In this document: positions 32,775 through 41,878 of the stretch, in pieces | Layout: the number at the start of each line of letters is the position of its first letter | How positions within the stretch are numbered: the stretch's first letter is position 1 | DNA from: Carpediemonas membranifera BICM | Taxonomy: Eukaryota > Protista > Fornicata | Length of the DNA: 46,357 nucleotides | Direction: 5' to 3' | Assembly: GCA_019828565.1 (NCBI GenBank) | Contig: JAHDYR010000061.1 | Location: forward strand, 1-46,357 | Translations under genes and position numbers: made by a program | The notes under the pieces: generated by a model | What the model saw: only the letters and a program-made list of their open reading frames with translations | Told to the model about the DNA's origin: nothing | The model's database searches: none

Positions 32775-33057
32775 ACCGCCGTTATCCTCCCGGCGCTTGT
32801 TTCTTGGCCGCTCACTCTCTATATTGAAGTTAAATGGTGTTTATTACTCCTATTGATGGTAATAAGGCCTCATCAGTGCTTCGCACGGCTAACAACTAAC
32901 GCCACAGCTGAAACTGATGATTCACTACGTTAAACGAGAAAGTGAGTGAACCGTTTGTTGATATTGTTAAAAAGTCTTGATCTGCGCACCAAACGCTCCT
33001 GTTACTGTCTTAATTGCCGATATCGTAGTGGCCAATTGGCCACTATTTCGCAGAATA

Positions 33058-33893
33058 ATGCAACACTTCTCTATGCTGACCACAGAGCTCGATACCTCAC
33101 CGGCGGAAGCTTTTATGGCGTATTACACGCTTAACTCACTTCAGACTGAAAGGATTTATTCGTCCTCGCTTCAGTCACTGAAGTCCCGCACCTTGTGGCA
33201 GTTGAGAAGGAATGGGCCCAGTCCCCTGCTGGGAAACAGTATTTCGAGCTTCAGTCTGACGAAAAGGTGAAATGTGCCACAAACTCGATCCCCTTCAACC
33301 TTCAGAGTGCGTGCTATTCACTAACTGGCAAAGGAGCTCTAACAGAGCACCAGATCAAGGCGGCGACGCAGATCCTCGAGCATGCGCCAATGCTCATAAG
33401 GCATTCCACTGCACTTCAGACACTTCGTATGAGTATCAACTCTTTGAAAGATGCTATGAATGCTCCGTCTAAGGTGCGTCTATCGATTTTCGATAGATAC
33501 GCGATCTACGTCGCGAAGAAGGCACCCTCACTCTATGCCTCTTGGGTAGAGAGTCTGCTGCTGGGCATCACGTCAATTGAAGAGTTAGATTTAGCCTTTT
33601 TTGTGCTGGCGAAGAGGGATGCTTCGCTTGGAGACAGGGGCGACAACGTGATTCAATTCACTGACACGCAACTAGACTATGCCATCGAGAAGGTCACATT
33701 GCCGGATGGGCAGAACGGCTCAACTTGTCGCGTGAAGTGGATAGGCTACCATAACCCTACAACGTGTCCGGCCACAGAGGAGCTGAAACGTTTTGCAAGA
33801 GAGGTGGAAGAAACGGCAGGTCCTGCGCGTGCTCACAAGCGTGCCACCAAAAACTACTTCACAGGTACTCCGAGAACATTGGCTGAACTGTAA
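33058..33893 (+). CDS. Chromodomain-like protein (frameshift at about 33150-33195)
   Basis: N-terminal LTTELDTSPAEAFMA matches LVTETSISAGEAYLA of 20996; DYAIEKV...CRVKWIGYHNPTTCP. Confidence 0.75.
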
Positions 33894-34358
33894 ATCGTTA
33901 AACAATTACGTAAAGCTTTCATGACTCCGCCGCGGCGGGGCTCTCACGACCACGCCCCTGCCGGCACTATGCTCGTTAACAAGGCCGATGTCGAGAGCGA
34001 CGATGAGTTCTTCCTCTTCTCATGGGCCGCGCCCTCTTCACCAACAAGGCCGTCCACTATCACGTGCTCGGGAACACCATTCCCCCAGCATTACCCTTCA
34101 GGACGGTGTTAATCATAACAACATTGGATCATGCAGCAGCCTCCACCGTCGCCCAGAAGCGTAGTGACCGGCATATCATCATGGCAAGGCATCCTAACAT
34201 TGGATGATATAAACGGAGCAATGGCGCATTTATCAGTTGAACCAAAGCCAAGCCTACTTCAACCTGAGCTGTAGGGTACGTTCCTGCTGTCTTTCGACGC
34301 GCGATGATCAGGCATACCCGCGAACATTTCTTTAGAATTTCGTTCTAAAGAATTCGAT

Positions 34359-35300
34359 ATGAGCACAGGCAACAAGGATTCGGCTGCATACGCTGGCATG
34401 ATGCTGGAAACGTTGTTGCGAATGGTTCCTGTGCTGAAGGAGATCATAGCAGCAAGTGGTAAGATCAATAATTCAGACGATCCTTCTGTGCTTCTATGTG
34501 CCGTTCGGAGTTGCAGAAAGGACCTTGATCGCATCAATCAACGGTACATTACGACTCTCCAGCGTTTCAGGAACGAGGCATGCCACGGTTCTGCCTCTTT
34601 TGGTGGTGAGTCATTCATGGACTTCCTGTCTGCGGTCGAAGGAGTCACGAGGCGTGTGACCACGAGGACGGGACCGGATAAGGCGTTCACTGACTTTGTG
34701 GACGATATTCGACGTGAGGTGAACGGGGGGGCGCCCAGGGTGCGGGTTCAGCCGACGAGGACAGACGCACCGCGCCAGCGTCCCGAGGAATCGTATACGT
34801 ATGGTCGTGCGCCTGTACGCACGATGCCGCCGCGTCCCTATCTTTATAAGCTAGTCACATCCCGCCAAGTCACTCAGGAGAAGACAGTCAGCTCGGATGG
34901 TCAGACACAGACAAAGGTGCCAGTCGGCTCGGATCATCAGACGCAGACAGAGGTGCGCGACCTTGAGGAGGCGTCTACACAGACTATTCACGCACGCCCT
35001 GTACTGTCTCGGCAGACAGTCGATACCGCAATGTGCGACCTGCTTCGACAGATATTGAAGACTCCGCAGAAGCCGCCGGCTGTTTTGACGGGATCATGCA
35101 TTGTGTGTGGGGAATCTGTGGCTCACACACATTGGGCATGCACGCGGGGTGGCACCGAGACGCCGAAGTATACCTGTCGTGAGTTGGTGGCGCAGGCCAC
35201 TGCCGAGGCAGTCACAAAAGGAACAAAGAAGCCGCGCAAGACACGTAAGGTGTATCTGACGAGAACTGCAGTGACCTGGCTTCACTCGCAGATGGAGTAG
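34359..35300 (+). CDS. HEPN (Swt1-like) RNase-domain protein with TQT-rich linker and C-terminal Cys cluster
   Basis: ETLLR (ExxxR), DPSVLL, FRNEACH (Rx4H); C-terminal CIVCG...WACTR...C. Confidence 0.65.
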   Translation: MSTGNKDSAAYAGMMLETLLRMVPVLKEIIAASGKINNSDDPSVLLCAVRSCRKDLDRINQRYITTLQRFRNEACHGSASFGGESFMDFLSAVEGVTRRVTTRTGPDKAFTDFVDDIRREVNGGAPRVRVQPTRTDAPRQRPEESYTYGRAPVRTMPPRPYLYKLVTSRQVTQEKTVSSDGQTQTKVPVGSDHQTQTEVRDLEEASTQTIHARPVLSRQTVDTAMCDLLRQILKTPQKPPAVLTGSCIVCGESVAHTHWACTRGGTETPKYTCRELVAQATAEAVTKGTKKPRKTRKVYLTRTAVTWLHSQME

Positions 35301-35329
35301 TAAAAGATTTGATTGATACGTTTACGGCT

Positions 35330-35992
35330 TCAGTCATTCCATCTGTCGTCAGGGGTATCCAGATCGGACAGGGAGATGGGTTTTTTCAGACTCTGCATCC
35401 CCGCTTCGTGCAAGATGCGGTTCGCGTGCCTGACTGTCATGGGGGGACTACCCCAGAGCGAATCAAGGTCCTTGGACATCCGGATAAGGGTCTCAAAGGC
35501 AGGGTGATCCACGGCAGCCTCTTGCATCAACTCCTGTAGCGCGGGTAGGTCTAAGTCACGTAGGTCTGCGACATACGATCCCAGCCGGCAGAGAGCAACG
35601 ACTAGGGCGAGCTGACGGTGGGATTCGGCAATGTCGTACTTCAGAGCTCTCGTGAGCTTGTCGTACTCCTCGTTAGTCAGCACCTGGCGTGCCGGAAGCG
35701 TGTGAGACCTTATCCTGCAAATTAGGTCGGTTTCGGCACCAGCAGTGCGAAGAAGGCGAACGAGAGCCTTTTGAGGCATCGAGATGGACTTGTACCGTCC
35801 AAAACGGCGACAGAAGGACAGAGAGTCCAGAAACTGTTCGAATACGTCACTATTTTGTCGGATCTCTGTGATAATAACAACATCAGCATCCTCATCGTCG
35901 CACTCAAGGTAAACGCACAGTTTTTGATATGTCTGCTTGTATTGCTCCTTCGTAGAGCGCTTCAGTCCCTCTAGAGCGTGCTTCAGCAGCAT
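35330..35992 (-). CDS. Tyrosine-recombinase-fold protein lacking catalytic residues
   Basis: STKEQYKQTYQKLCVYL...FEQFLDSL (core-binding-like), VLTNEEYDKL, LALVVALCRLGSYVADLRDL (GxRxxEL with R replaced by Y), PMTVRHANRILHEAGM, then ISLSDLD instead of HxLR; ends before any catalytic Tyr. Confidence 0.5.
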   Translation of the reverse strand: MLLKHALEGLKRSTKEQYKQTYQKLCVYLECDDEDADVVIITEIRQNSDVFEQFLDSLSFCRRFGRYKSISMPQKALVRLLRTAGAETDLICRIRSHTLPARQVLTNEEYDKLTRALKYDIAESHRQLALVVALCRLGSYVADLRDLDLPALQELMQEAAVDHPAFETLIRMSKDLDSLWGSPPMTVRHANRILHEAGMQSLKKPISLSDLDTPDDRWND

Positions 35993-36993
35993 TTCGATCG
36001 AGATTAAAAATCACCCGAATTCTAGCTCTGTTCTGGCCGCTGCAGGCACCGCTGGGCGCAATAGAGCTCGGAGCGGCGTTGTCTGCCAAAAATACCTATT
36101 TGCTCCCGGTGAAAATTGAACCCACGATCAGGGGGCTGTGTACAAAGTCTCTTCCCTCTATACTATGAATTATGGGAAATCCGCCCTTATTAAGCTTCCT
36201 ACAGGGAATATAGGCCATTTTGGAGGTATGAGCGACCGGGAGGGGGAGATTGGGGGACATTTACGGTATGGCTGGACTCTACTCGGGCAGACTATTATAA
36301 CGAGGCTCAGATCAGACCTCTACGGCCGCTATACGAGGAGAAACGAGCCAGTAAGGGCACTAGCGGCCCATGGCCGCAGCAGCGCCCAGCCAAACTCAGC
36401 TATAGGGTCACCTGAGGCCCCAAATGACGTGCTGATCAGGTCGACTCCCATCTATTGACTTGGTAATTGCAGAGGGCGTCTGAACGCGATGTCCTAATAA
36501 CCGACTTGGTCGGAGCGGTTCGGCGATGACTCCGTTGTATTCCACACCTTCTTTTAATGCCGAAACATGCAGTCCTTTAGAGTCAACGCGCGTCCTGTCC
36601 GTCAGGCGAAGGGCATTCAGCAGAGGCATTGCTGCGGTCTGCAGACCGCCCTAGCGCTTCAGGATGGCCAACTGCATGATCTGGACCCATGTCTATCAAA
36701 TCCATTTTGATCACATCAAACATGTGTCAAATCCGGCAAATCGATTTTGCGATAAAAAAAGGGGCAGAGGGGAGGAAGCGACCCATAAGGCGTACCTATG
36801 GACCATTTCCTCCCCCCTGCCCGTTTGTTGAGTCTCAACTCTCAATTCGAATTTGTCCCTATGTTACTTTTTTCTAGCAGGATTTAAAGTTTGATACTGC
36901 GCATGCGTATTGCTTAGGTATAGCCAAGTACTACCATACCACTTTGAAGATCCAGCTCCGGCTCATCGTCGAGTTCATTTTTTCTTGCAACCG

Positions 36994-37067
36994 TAGATTA
37001 TCTAGGGTTTTTAGGCCCTAGATTATCTAGAAAAAATCGTAGATTATCTACCGACTTTCACAGTATG
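36994..37067 (-). repeat. Right terminus, subfamily 2
   Basis: tagattatcta at 36994, 37019 and 37040, then ttcacagtatg; mirror-image spacing of 7674-7747. Confidence 0.85.
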
Positions 37068-37125
37068 TTTGAGCAGCTCTGTAGCAGACTGCTCATCGAC
37101 GCCATATCCATTGACTCTGAATCTT

Positions 37126-38055
37126 TTATTTCTCCATCTGCGAGTTAAGCCAGGCCACTGCCTTTCCCGTCAAATATACCTTACGTGTGTCGTGCGCCTT
37201 CTTTGTTGCTCTTGCGGCTGAAGCATCAACAGTGGCCTGCTTCAACAAATCTCGGCAGCTAGACTTCGGCGTCTTGGTGCCACGTCGCGTGCAGGCCCAC
37301 TCTCTATCGTCCACGGACCCACCGCACACAACGCATGACCCTGCTAATACGATCGGTGGCTTCTCCTTCAGCTTCTGTCGAAGCAGATCGCACATCGCGG
37401 TCTTGACGACGCGTCGAGATAATTCATCCGTGCGCAGGGTACTAACAGGCTCAACCAAGAGCTCTGTCTGAGTAGACGCCTCCTCTAGGTCTCGCACAGT
37501 CTGAGTCTCTGCATGCTCACCCTGTGGCGAAAACTGCTGGCATTTTCCCACCATCCTCGGCTTATCAGGATCAGGACCCAGCGCAGTCATGTAAACAGGC
37601 ACCTCAACCCGCTTCTCGACTATCTTGACAGGCTGGGAGCCCCTGCGGGAAGGGGCTTGCGGGTGAACTCGCGTCCTGGTCGGCCCCCCGTTCGCCTCGT
37701 TGTGCAGAGCCTCCATGAAGGCATTGAAGCCGTCATCACGGCCCACCTTCTGCGTCACAAACGACATGACGCATGTGACCGACATCTCAAAGGATGCAAA
37801 ATCGTCAGCACTGGAAACATCGCGATTGTGGCAGATTGAGTTTCGAGCTGCCAACAGCTCGCGTATATGTCTCTTATCAGCGTGGTGAAGATCAGGAACA
37901 CGATGTAGGATCGCTTGCAAAAGCATAGCCGGATCCATCTCGCCACCGTCACCACGGTACCTCGCGATGTACTCCTGCAGCTTCGGAATCATCCTCAGTA
38001 GCGCTTCAAACATCATGCTGGCGTATCCTGCTGAATCCTTCGCCCCAGAGCTCAT
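37126..38055 (-). CDS. HEPN-domain protein, divergent paralog
   Basis: EALLR, MDPAMLL, ARNSICH, RDLEEASTQT, CVVCG...WACTR...C. Confidence 0.65.
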   Translation of the reverse strand: MSSGAKDSAGYASMMFEALLRMIPKLQEYIARYRGDGGEMDPAMLLQAILHRVPDLHHADKRHIRELLAARNSICHNRDVSSADDFASFEMSVTCVMSFVTQKVGRDDGFNAFMEALHNEANGGPTRTRVHPQAPSRRGSQPVKIVEKRVEVPVYMTALGPDPDKPRMVGKCQQFSPQGEHAETQTVRDLEEASTQTELLVEPVSTLRTDELSRRVVKTAMCDLLRQKLKEKPPIVLAGSCVVCGGSVDDREWACTRRGTKTPKSSCRDLLKQATVDASAARATKKAHDTRKVYLTGKAVAWLNSQMEK

Positions 38056-38315
38056 ATCGGTTTCTTCAGAACGAAATTCTAAAGAAATGTTCGGTGGTAA
38101 GTGAGATCACTGCGCGTCTAGAGACAGCAGAAACGTAACCTACAGCCCATATTGATGTGGGCTGGGCGTTGCTTCAACTGATAAATGCCACATTTCTCTG
38201 TTTACATGGTAAGGTAACACGTGAGTGCTTTGTACTGGCATACTTAAAGGCAAGGTAAGGTTGGCGGACGTAGTATCACCCGTGGCGCTTGACCATCACT
38301 CAATCAGACAGATAT

Positions 38316-39022
38316 TTATTTCTTCGTGGATACCTTGTCGAAGAACTGCAATGCCAAGGTCAACTTGCCTTCCTTCGTTATCTCTTTGTCGGTCAGCAGT
38401 GTCTCGAAGTCAGCGACAACGAGAGGCCGGCAAGCAAAGGGGTCAGCCCAATAGTCATCTTCGTAGGCGACCGAGAGGAACTCAAACGGACGAATGTCAA
38501 CGCTTGCTTCATATACAATGACAGGCAAGACTGCATCCTCCACACAAACATGGCACAGAAGAGCACTGACATTGTGGTACTAAATAATTGGGGGAGAGGC
38601 ATGTTACAAACAGCAGAGTTGTCGTTCACCGTGTGGACTCCAAGCTTGCCCATCAGTGAAGACGCATCCATCGCGAACTTCGTCGTGCCAACGCGAGTGC
38701 AGTACGTGGGGTCATCCGGCTGGAAGTCGATCAGTCGGCCGCAGTACAGGCCGATGATGCTCTTCGCAGGGATTTCGGCACGAGACGCGATGCCCTTGCC
38801 AGCGGTGCCTCCGTATAGCGTGCGCTGATCAGTCATGTACAGCTGTACGCTCTTGGAGACACCGTTGGCCGCTATCGTGATGTCCCGGTCCAGGAACGAG
38901 CTACCCTCCTGCTTCCAGTCAATATCCTTCAAGTCTGCCGGTATTTTGTCAAACAGCAGCTCATAGTCATGACGAGACATGCTAGAACCCTCCGAGGGGA
39001 TTACGATCGTTTCTTCCGACAT
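38316..39022 (-). CDS. SET-domain protein (frameshift at about 38550-38600)
   Basis: GKGIASRAEI...GLYCGRL, HTVNDNS...CN; second frame LPVIVYEASVDIRPFEFLSVAYEDDYW. Confidence 0.8.
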
Positions 39023-39440
39023 CGTTCTCAGAATTCGACCCGTTTATAAATCAATAATAAGCAAGCTAAGCTGCAGCTCAGGCACCCTCCATGCGCTCGT
39101 TCCCTGGCATCTTGGCCCGCGGCCTCTTCAGCGGCGTTTCGGCCCCTCTCGTAAATCGAGAGGTCTTCTTGATGTTGTTACTGTCTCTGTGCTCCCATTG
39201 CTTGCCAGTCTCATTGTAGTGTTAAGTTAGTGCCAAATGGTCTTTATTGCTGTTCGCTCGCATTAATACGGAAGAGAAAGAATGATGATGTTGATTAGCT
39301 TGCGGGGAAAGGCATTACCAAGCATTTGACGCGCACAACCTGCTTAATACTGCATAAACGCATCGCTGATCGCTTTCTCTTCTGTTCTTCAACGCCCAAG
39401 GAGCGGCTTCCAGGTCGGCAACCGTTGCCGACCTGGACCC

Positions 39441-40451
39441 GTGCAGTATATGCTTTTTCGGCCAACCGACGAAGTCAAGCTTGGCCAAGACACATACTGT
39501 GTACACGGACCCTGGCAGGCTAGTTACGCTGCTCAGACTATGTCTGGAGACGTTCGGCTGGGCTCTGCACGGATGGAAATGAACACTATCACGTCAAGCA
39601 CCCAACAGCAAGAGACAACGGCTTTTAAGGAAGCTTTTGAGCTCTTTATGGACAAGTACTCGCTATTCACAATCAGTAGGCTTAACGATGGCGAGAATAA
39701 CGGTAACACAGCCAAAATCAGGGCCGATGTCCGCAGCTCGTTCTTTTCCGCTTGGCTATGCACTCAGTGTGGCAGTAAGTGGATGATGGAGAGAACGAAC
39801 AGCCTTCTTGTGTCGTTCTCGGGCTCTGTGGCAGTCGACATTCAGACGACAGTCTTCGCAGGTTTCGGTGCTGGTGATCCGTCGTCAATGTCGATCGACA
39901 CCACCCTCGCACTGCTCAAAGACGTGCAGGACTTGGTTGTTTGGTGTGACATTGCTGCTAAGGTGAGGCGCATGAGACTACCGAGCGACAAGGTCAGGAA
40001 GGCGTGCATTACCATCGCACCGACGAGTGTGGCCAAGAGGGCTTACGCAATCGTCAGCCATCCTACTGCTTTCACGGTCTGGTGGGAGCACTATGCCCTT
40101 CGCAAGATTTCTCCTGAAGTCTTCAAGGACTTTATTGACTGGGCCAACTTTACGAGCACAGCCGATCTCGTCACTGGAGAGGTGACTGCTGTCCAGCTCA
40201 CTGACACTGTGATACACTATGCCATAGACTCTATCTCCAAGTTTGAGTCCGGCTATCACCTCACCAAGTGGGAGGAGCCGTGGGTGACCAGAACTTGGCA
40301 TAAACCGTGCGAGGCGACTGCAGACGCCAAACAAAACAATCTGGTCGAAAACAAAACTACTCGCAGCTGGTATTGTCCGCAGCCTTCGCCTCAGGCTCGA
40401 AAGCTGTTGGAGCAGTTTACCCGTAGCTCCTTTACTCGGTTTGGTAAGTAA
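39441..40451 (+). CDS. Chromodomain-like protein, divergent paralog (start uncertain, ATG 39540 or later)
   Basis: KRAYAI...PTAFTVWWEH...QLTDTVIHYAIDSI...YHLTKWEEPWVTRTW aligns with DRYAV...PSTYSVWMEH...QFTDTKLQYALEKV. Confidence 0.7.
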   Translation: MQYMLFRPTDEVKLGQDTYCVHGPWQASYAAQTMSGDVRLGSARMEMNTITSSTQQQETTAFKEAFELFMDKYSLFTISRLNDGENNGNTAKIRADVRSSFFSAWLCTQCGSKWMMERTNSLLVSFSGSVAVDIQTTVFAGFGAGDPSSMSIDTTLALLKDVQDLVVWCDIAAKVRRMRLPSDKVRKACITIAPTSVAKRAYAIVSHPTAFTVWWEHYALRKISPEVFKDFIDWANFTSTADLVTGEVTAVQLTDTVIHYAIDSISKFESGYHLTKWEEPWVTRTWHKPCEATADAKQNNLVENKTTRSWYCPQPSPQARKLLEQFTRSSFTRFGK

Positions 40452-40475
40452 CACTGATAAATCAATGGATATAGT

Positions 40476-41756
40476 TTACTCGTCAGGCTCTTCGACCTGA
40501 GGAACTGCCCCAGTTGAGACAACTTCCTCATCAGCTGTTCCAATCGCCTTATAAATGACAACTCTTCTGTCATCGCCCTCAAACTTCTTCTGGATGAGCG
40601 TGGTGAGGGACGAGTCATCCTCGGCAGGGGTGTCAAGCAAAAGATTCTTCAGACCAACATCCATGACAACGTTGGTGTAAGCGATGGTGTCAGGCAGACA
40701 GTGGCTCGAGAGCAGGTCCCAGAAGAGATTGGGGAAGAGAATCATGTATCTCACCACGAGAATATAGTGTCGCGTGACGGTCCCAGGGTCGATGAACAAC
40801 ATCGTTGCCATGGAGTCACAAATCGACTTGACCATGCCGGCGTACGTCGCCCTGTAATTCCACACCTTCCGAGTTCCATCGATAAGTTCTCTGGTGGGTC
40901 GCATCAAGGCCTCGCTAACCCTAGCCTGCAGTACCTCCAGCTGCTCGGTCGGGACGATGCAGTCGTCGATGGCCACACCGTCATTCTCCAGCTCATTGTA
41001 GAGCTCCATCTGATATGCCACCCATGCGATGTTGCAGATGCGCTCGACACTCTGGACCCTCTCATTCCGAATGACCGACTTCAGGTCCGACTTGGATATA
41101 AACTTCAGCTCCCTGGCGCCGGCTGCCTCAAGCTTGGTGGAACTAGCCCACGAGCTTAGGAACTGCTCCACATCAATCTCACTGGTAAGGAAAGGAAGCT
41201 TGCGCTTCGGCGCCTTGGCGCGGGCAGTGGGAGTGATGGCGGATGCGGATGCACCAGTGTCGGCGATGGCCACAGACGAGCTACCAACAGAGCCAGAAGA
41301 AGCTGACTCGGCGAGGGACATGGAAGGGACAGCCGAGCGGGTGCCAGAGCACGGGTCATCCGCTGAAAGCTGTCTGGCAGCAGAACCGGTGGGAGATGGG
41401 CCGGCGAGGGATGTAGCGGCGTCGCCAGCTGCGCGCCTGGCTGCGCGCAGGGCTCGGTCTGAAGGCTTGGCAGGAGAACTAGAATCGACTTGCTCTGCGC
41501 AATCGGCGGAGCGAAAGCGCTTTTCAGCAGGTTGCGGAGCTGCCTTGCGCACAATGAGCTCTTCGCGTACCGCTAACACGTTAGAATCTGGAACAAGCTC
41601 AAGAGCGGCGCGGAAGAGCTCCTCGGCACGTCCACGGGCGGAATCGTTGAAACGGTTGACAACGAGAACCGATTTCTCAGATAAATTGTCCCGTCGCATA
41701 CGATACGACGTACCAGTGAGGCAGTGAAGCTCCTGAAGCATGTAATTGCTTTCCAT
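40476..41756 (-). CDS. Unknown family E, divergent paralog
   Basis: IDVEQFLSSW, IAWVAYQMELY, VRYMILFPNLF...CLP. Confidence 0.7.
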   Translation of the reverse strand: MESNYMLQELHCLTGTSYRMRRDNLSEKSVLVVNRFNDSARGRAEELFRAALELVPDSNVLAVREELIVRKAAPQPAEKRFRSADCAEQVDSSSPAKPSDRALRAARRAAGDAATSLAGPSPTGSAARQLSADDPCSGTRSAVPSMSLAESASSGSVGSSSVAIADTGASASAITPTARAKAPKRKLPFLTSEIDVEQFLSSWASSTKLEAAGARELKFISKSDLKSVIRNERVQSVERICNIAWVAYQMELYNELENDGVAIDDCIVPTEQLEVLQARVSEALMRPTRELIDGTRKVWNYRATYAGMVKSICDSMATMLFIDPGTVTRHYILVVRYMILFPNLFWDLLSSHCLPDTIAYTNVVMDVGLKNLLLDTPAEDDSSLTTLIQKKFEGDDRRVVIYKAIGTADEEVVSTGAVPQVEEPDE

Positions 41757-41878
41757 GTCGATTCCAGCAATGCGCGAAGAACAAGAACCTTGGGAACAAC
41801 CATGGGAGCACCAGACGTACTGTTTACGAAGGCAGATGGTAGGCCAGGGTCCCCGGTCGATTCACCATGGCCTCTTCA

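Larger units (their letters stand above)
26966..35320. repeat. ~3-kb inverted duplication (arms 26966-29920 and 32167-35320) around a family E/SET gene pair
   Basis: 26966-28943 is the inverse of 33346-35320; 28995-29920 is the inverse of 32167-33052. Confidence 0.9.
7674..37067 (+). mobile_element. Candidate 29.4-kb cargo-carrying DNA transposon (subfamily 2) containing nested material
   Basis: Inverted termini CATACTGTcAA / CATACTGTgAA, each with three TAGATWATCT motifs at identical offsets (17, +21, +25); transposase-like gene inside. No target-site duplication (cttgggg versus tttgagc), so the two ends may come from different insertions. Confidence 0.6.

Noticed and set aside
34276-34311. 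36-nt intron extending the HEPN gene upstream
   Set aside because: Splicing places TAG in frame immediately upstream, and the acceptor is not conserved in the 37126 paralog.
35330-35992. Active tyrosine recombinase mobilising the element (Starship or Crypton style)
   Set aside because: Catalytic R, HxxR and Y are missing, and the TIR-type ends point to the DDE-like protein.
7667-37074. Target-site duplication for the 7674-37067 element
   Set aside because: Flanks cttgggg and tttgagc do not match, and the protease does not visibly resume after 37067.
39493-39510. catactgtgtac (also in each 1096-bp unit) as another terminus
   Set aside because: Lacks the AA at positions 10-11 and the three palindromes, and homology between copies runs through it.
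41029-41727. Antisense ORFs overlapping the main genes (also 17016-17660, 30093-30788, 13528-14248)
   Set aside because: Shadow frames with no motifs and no conservation between paralogs.
7674-41756. Polinton/Maverick or endogenous giant virus
   Set aside because: No recognisable DNA polymerase B, packaging ATPase (no Walker A), capsid or retroviral-type integrase among the ORFs.
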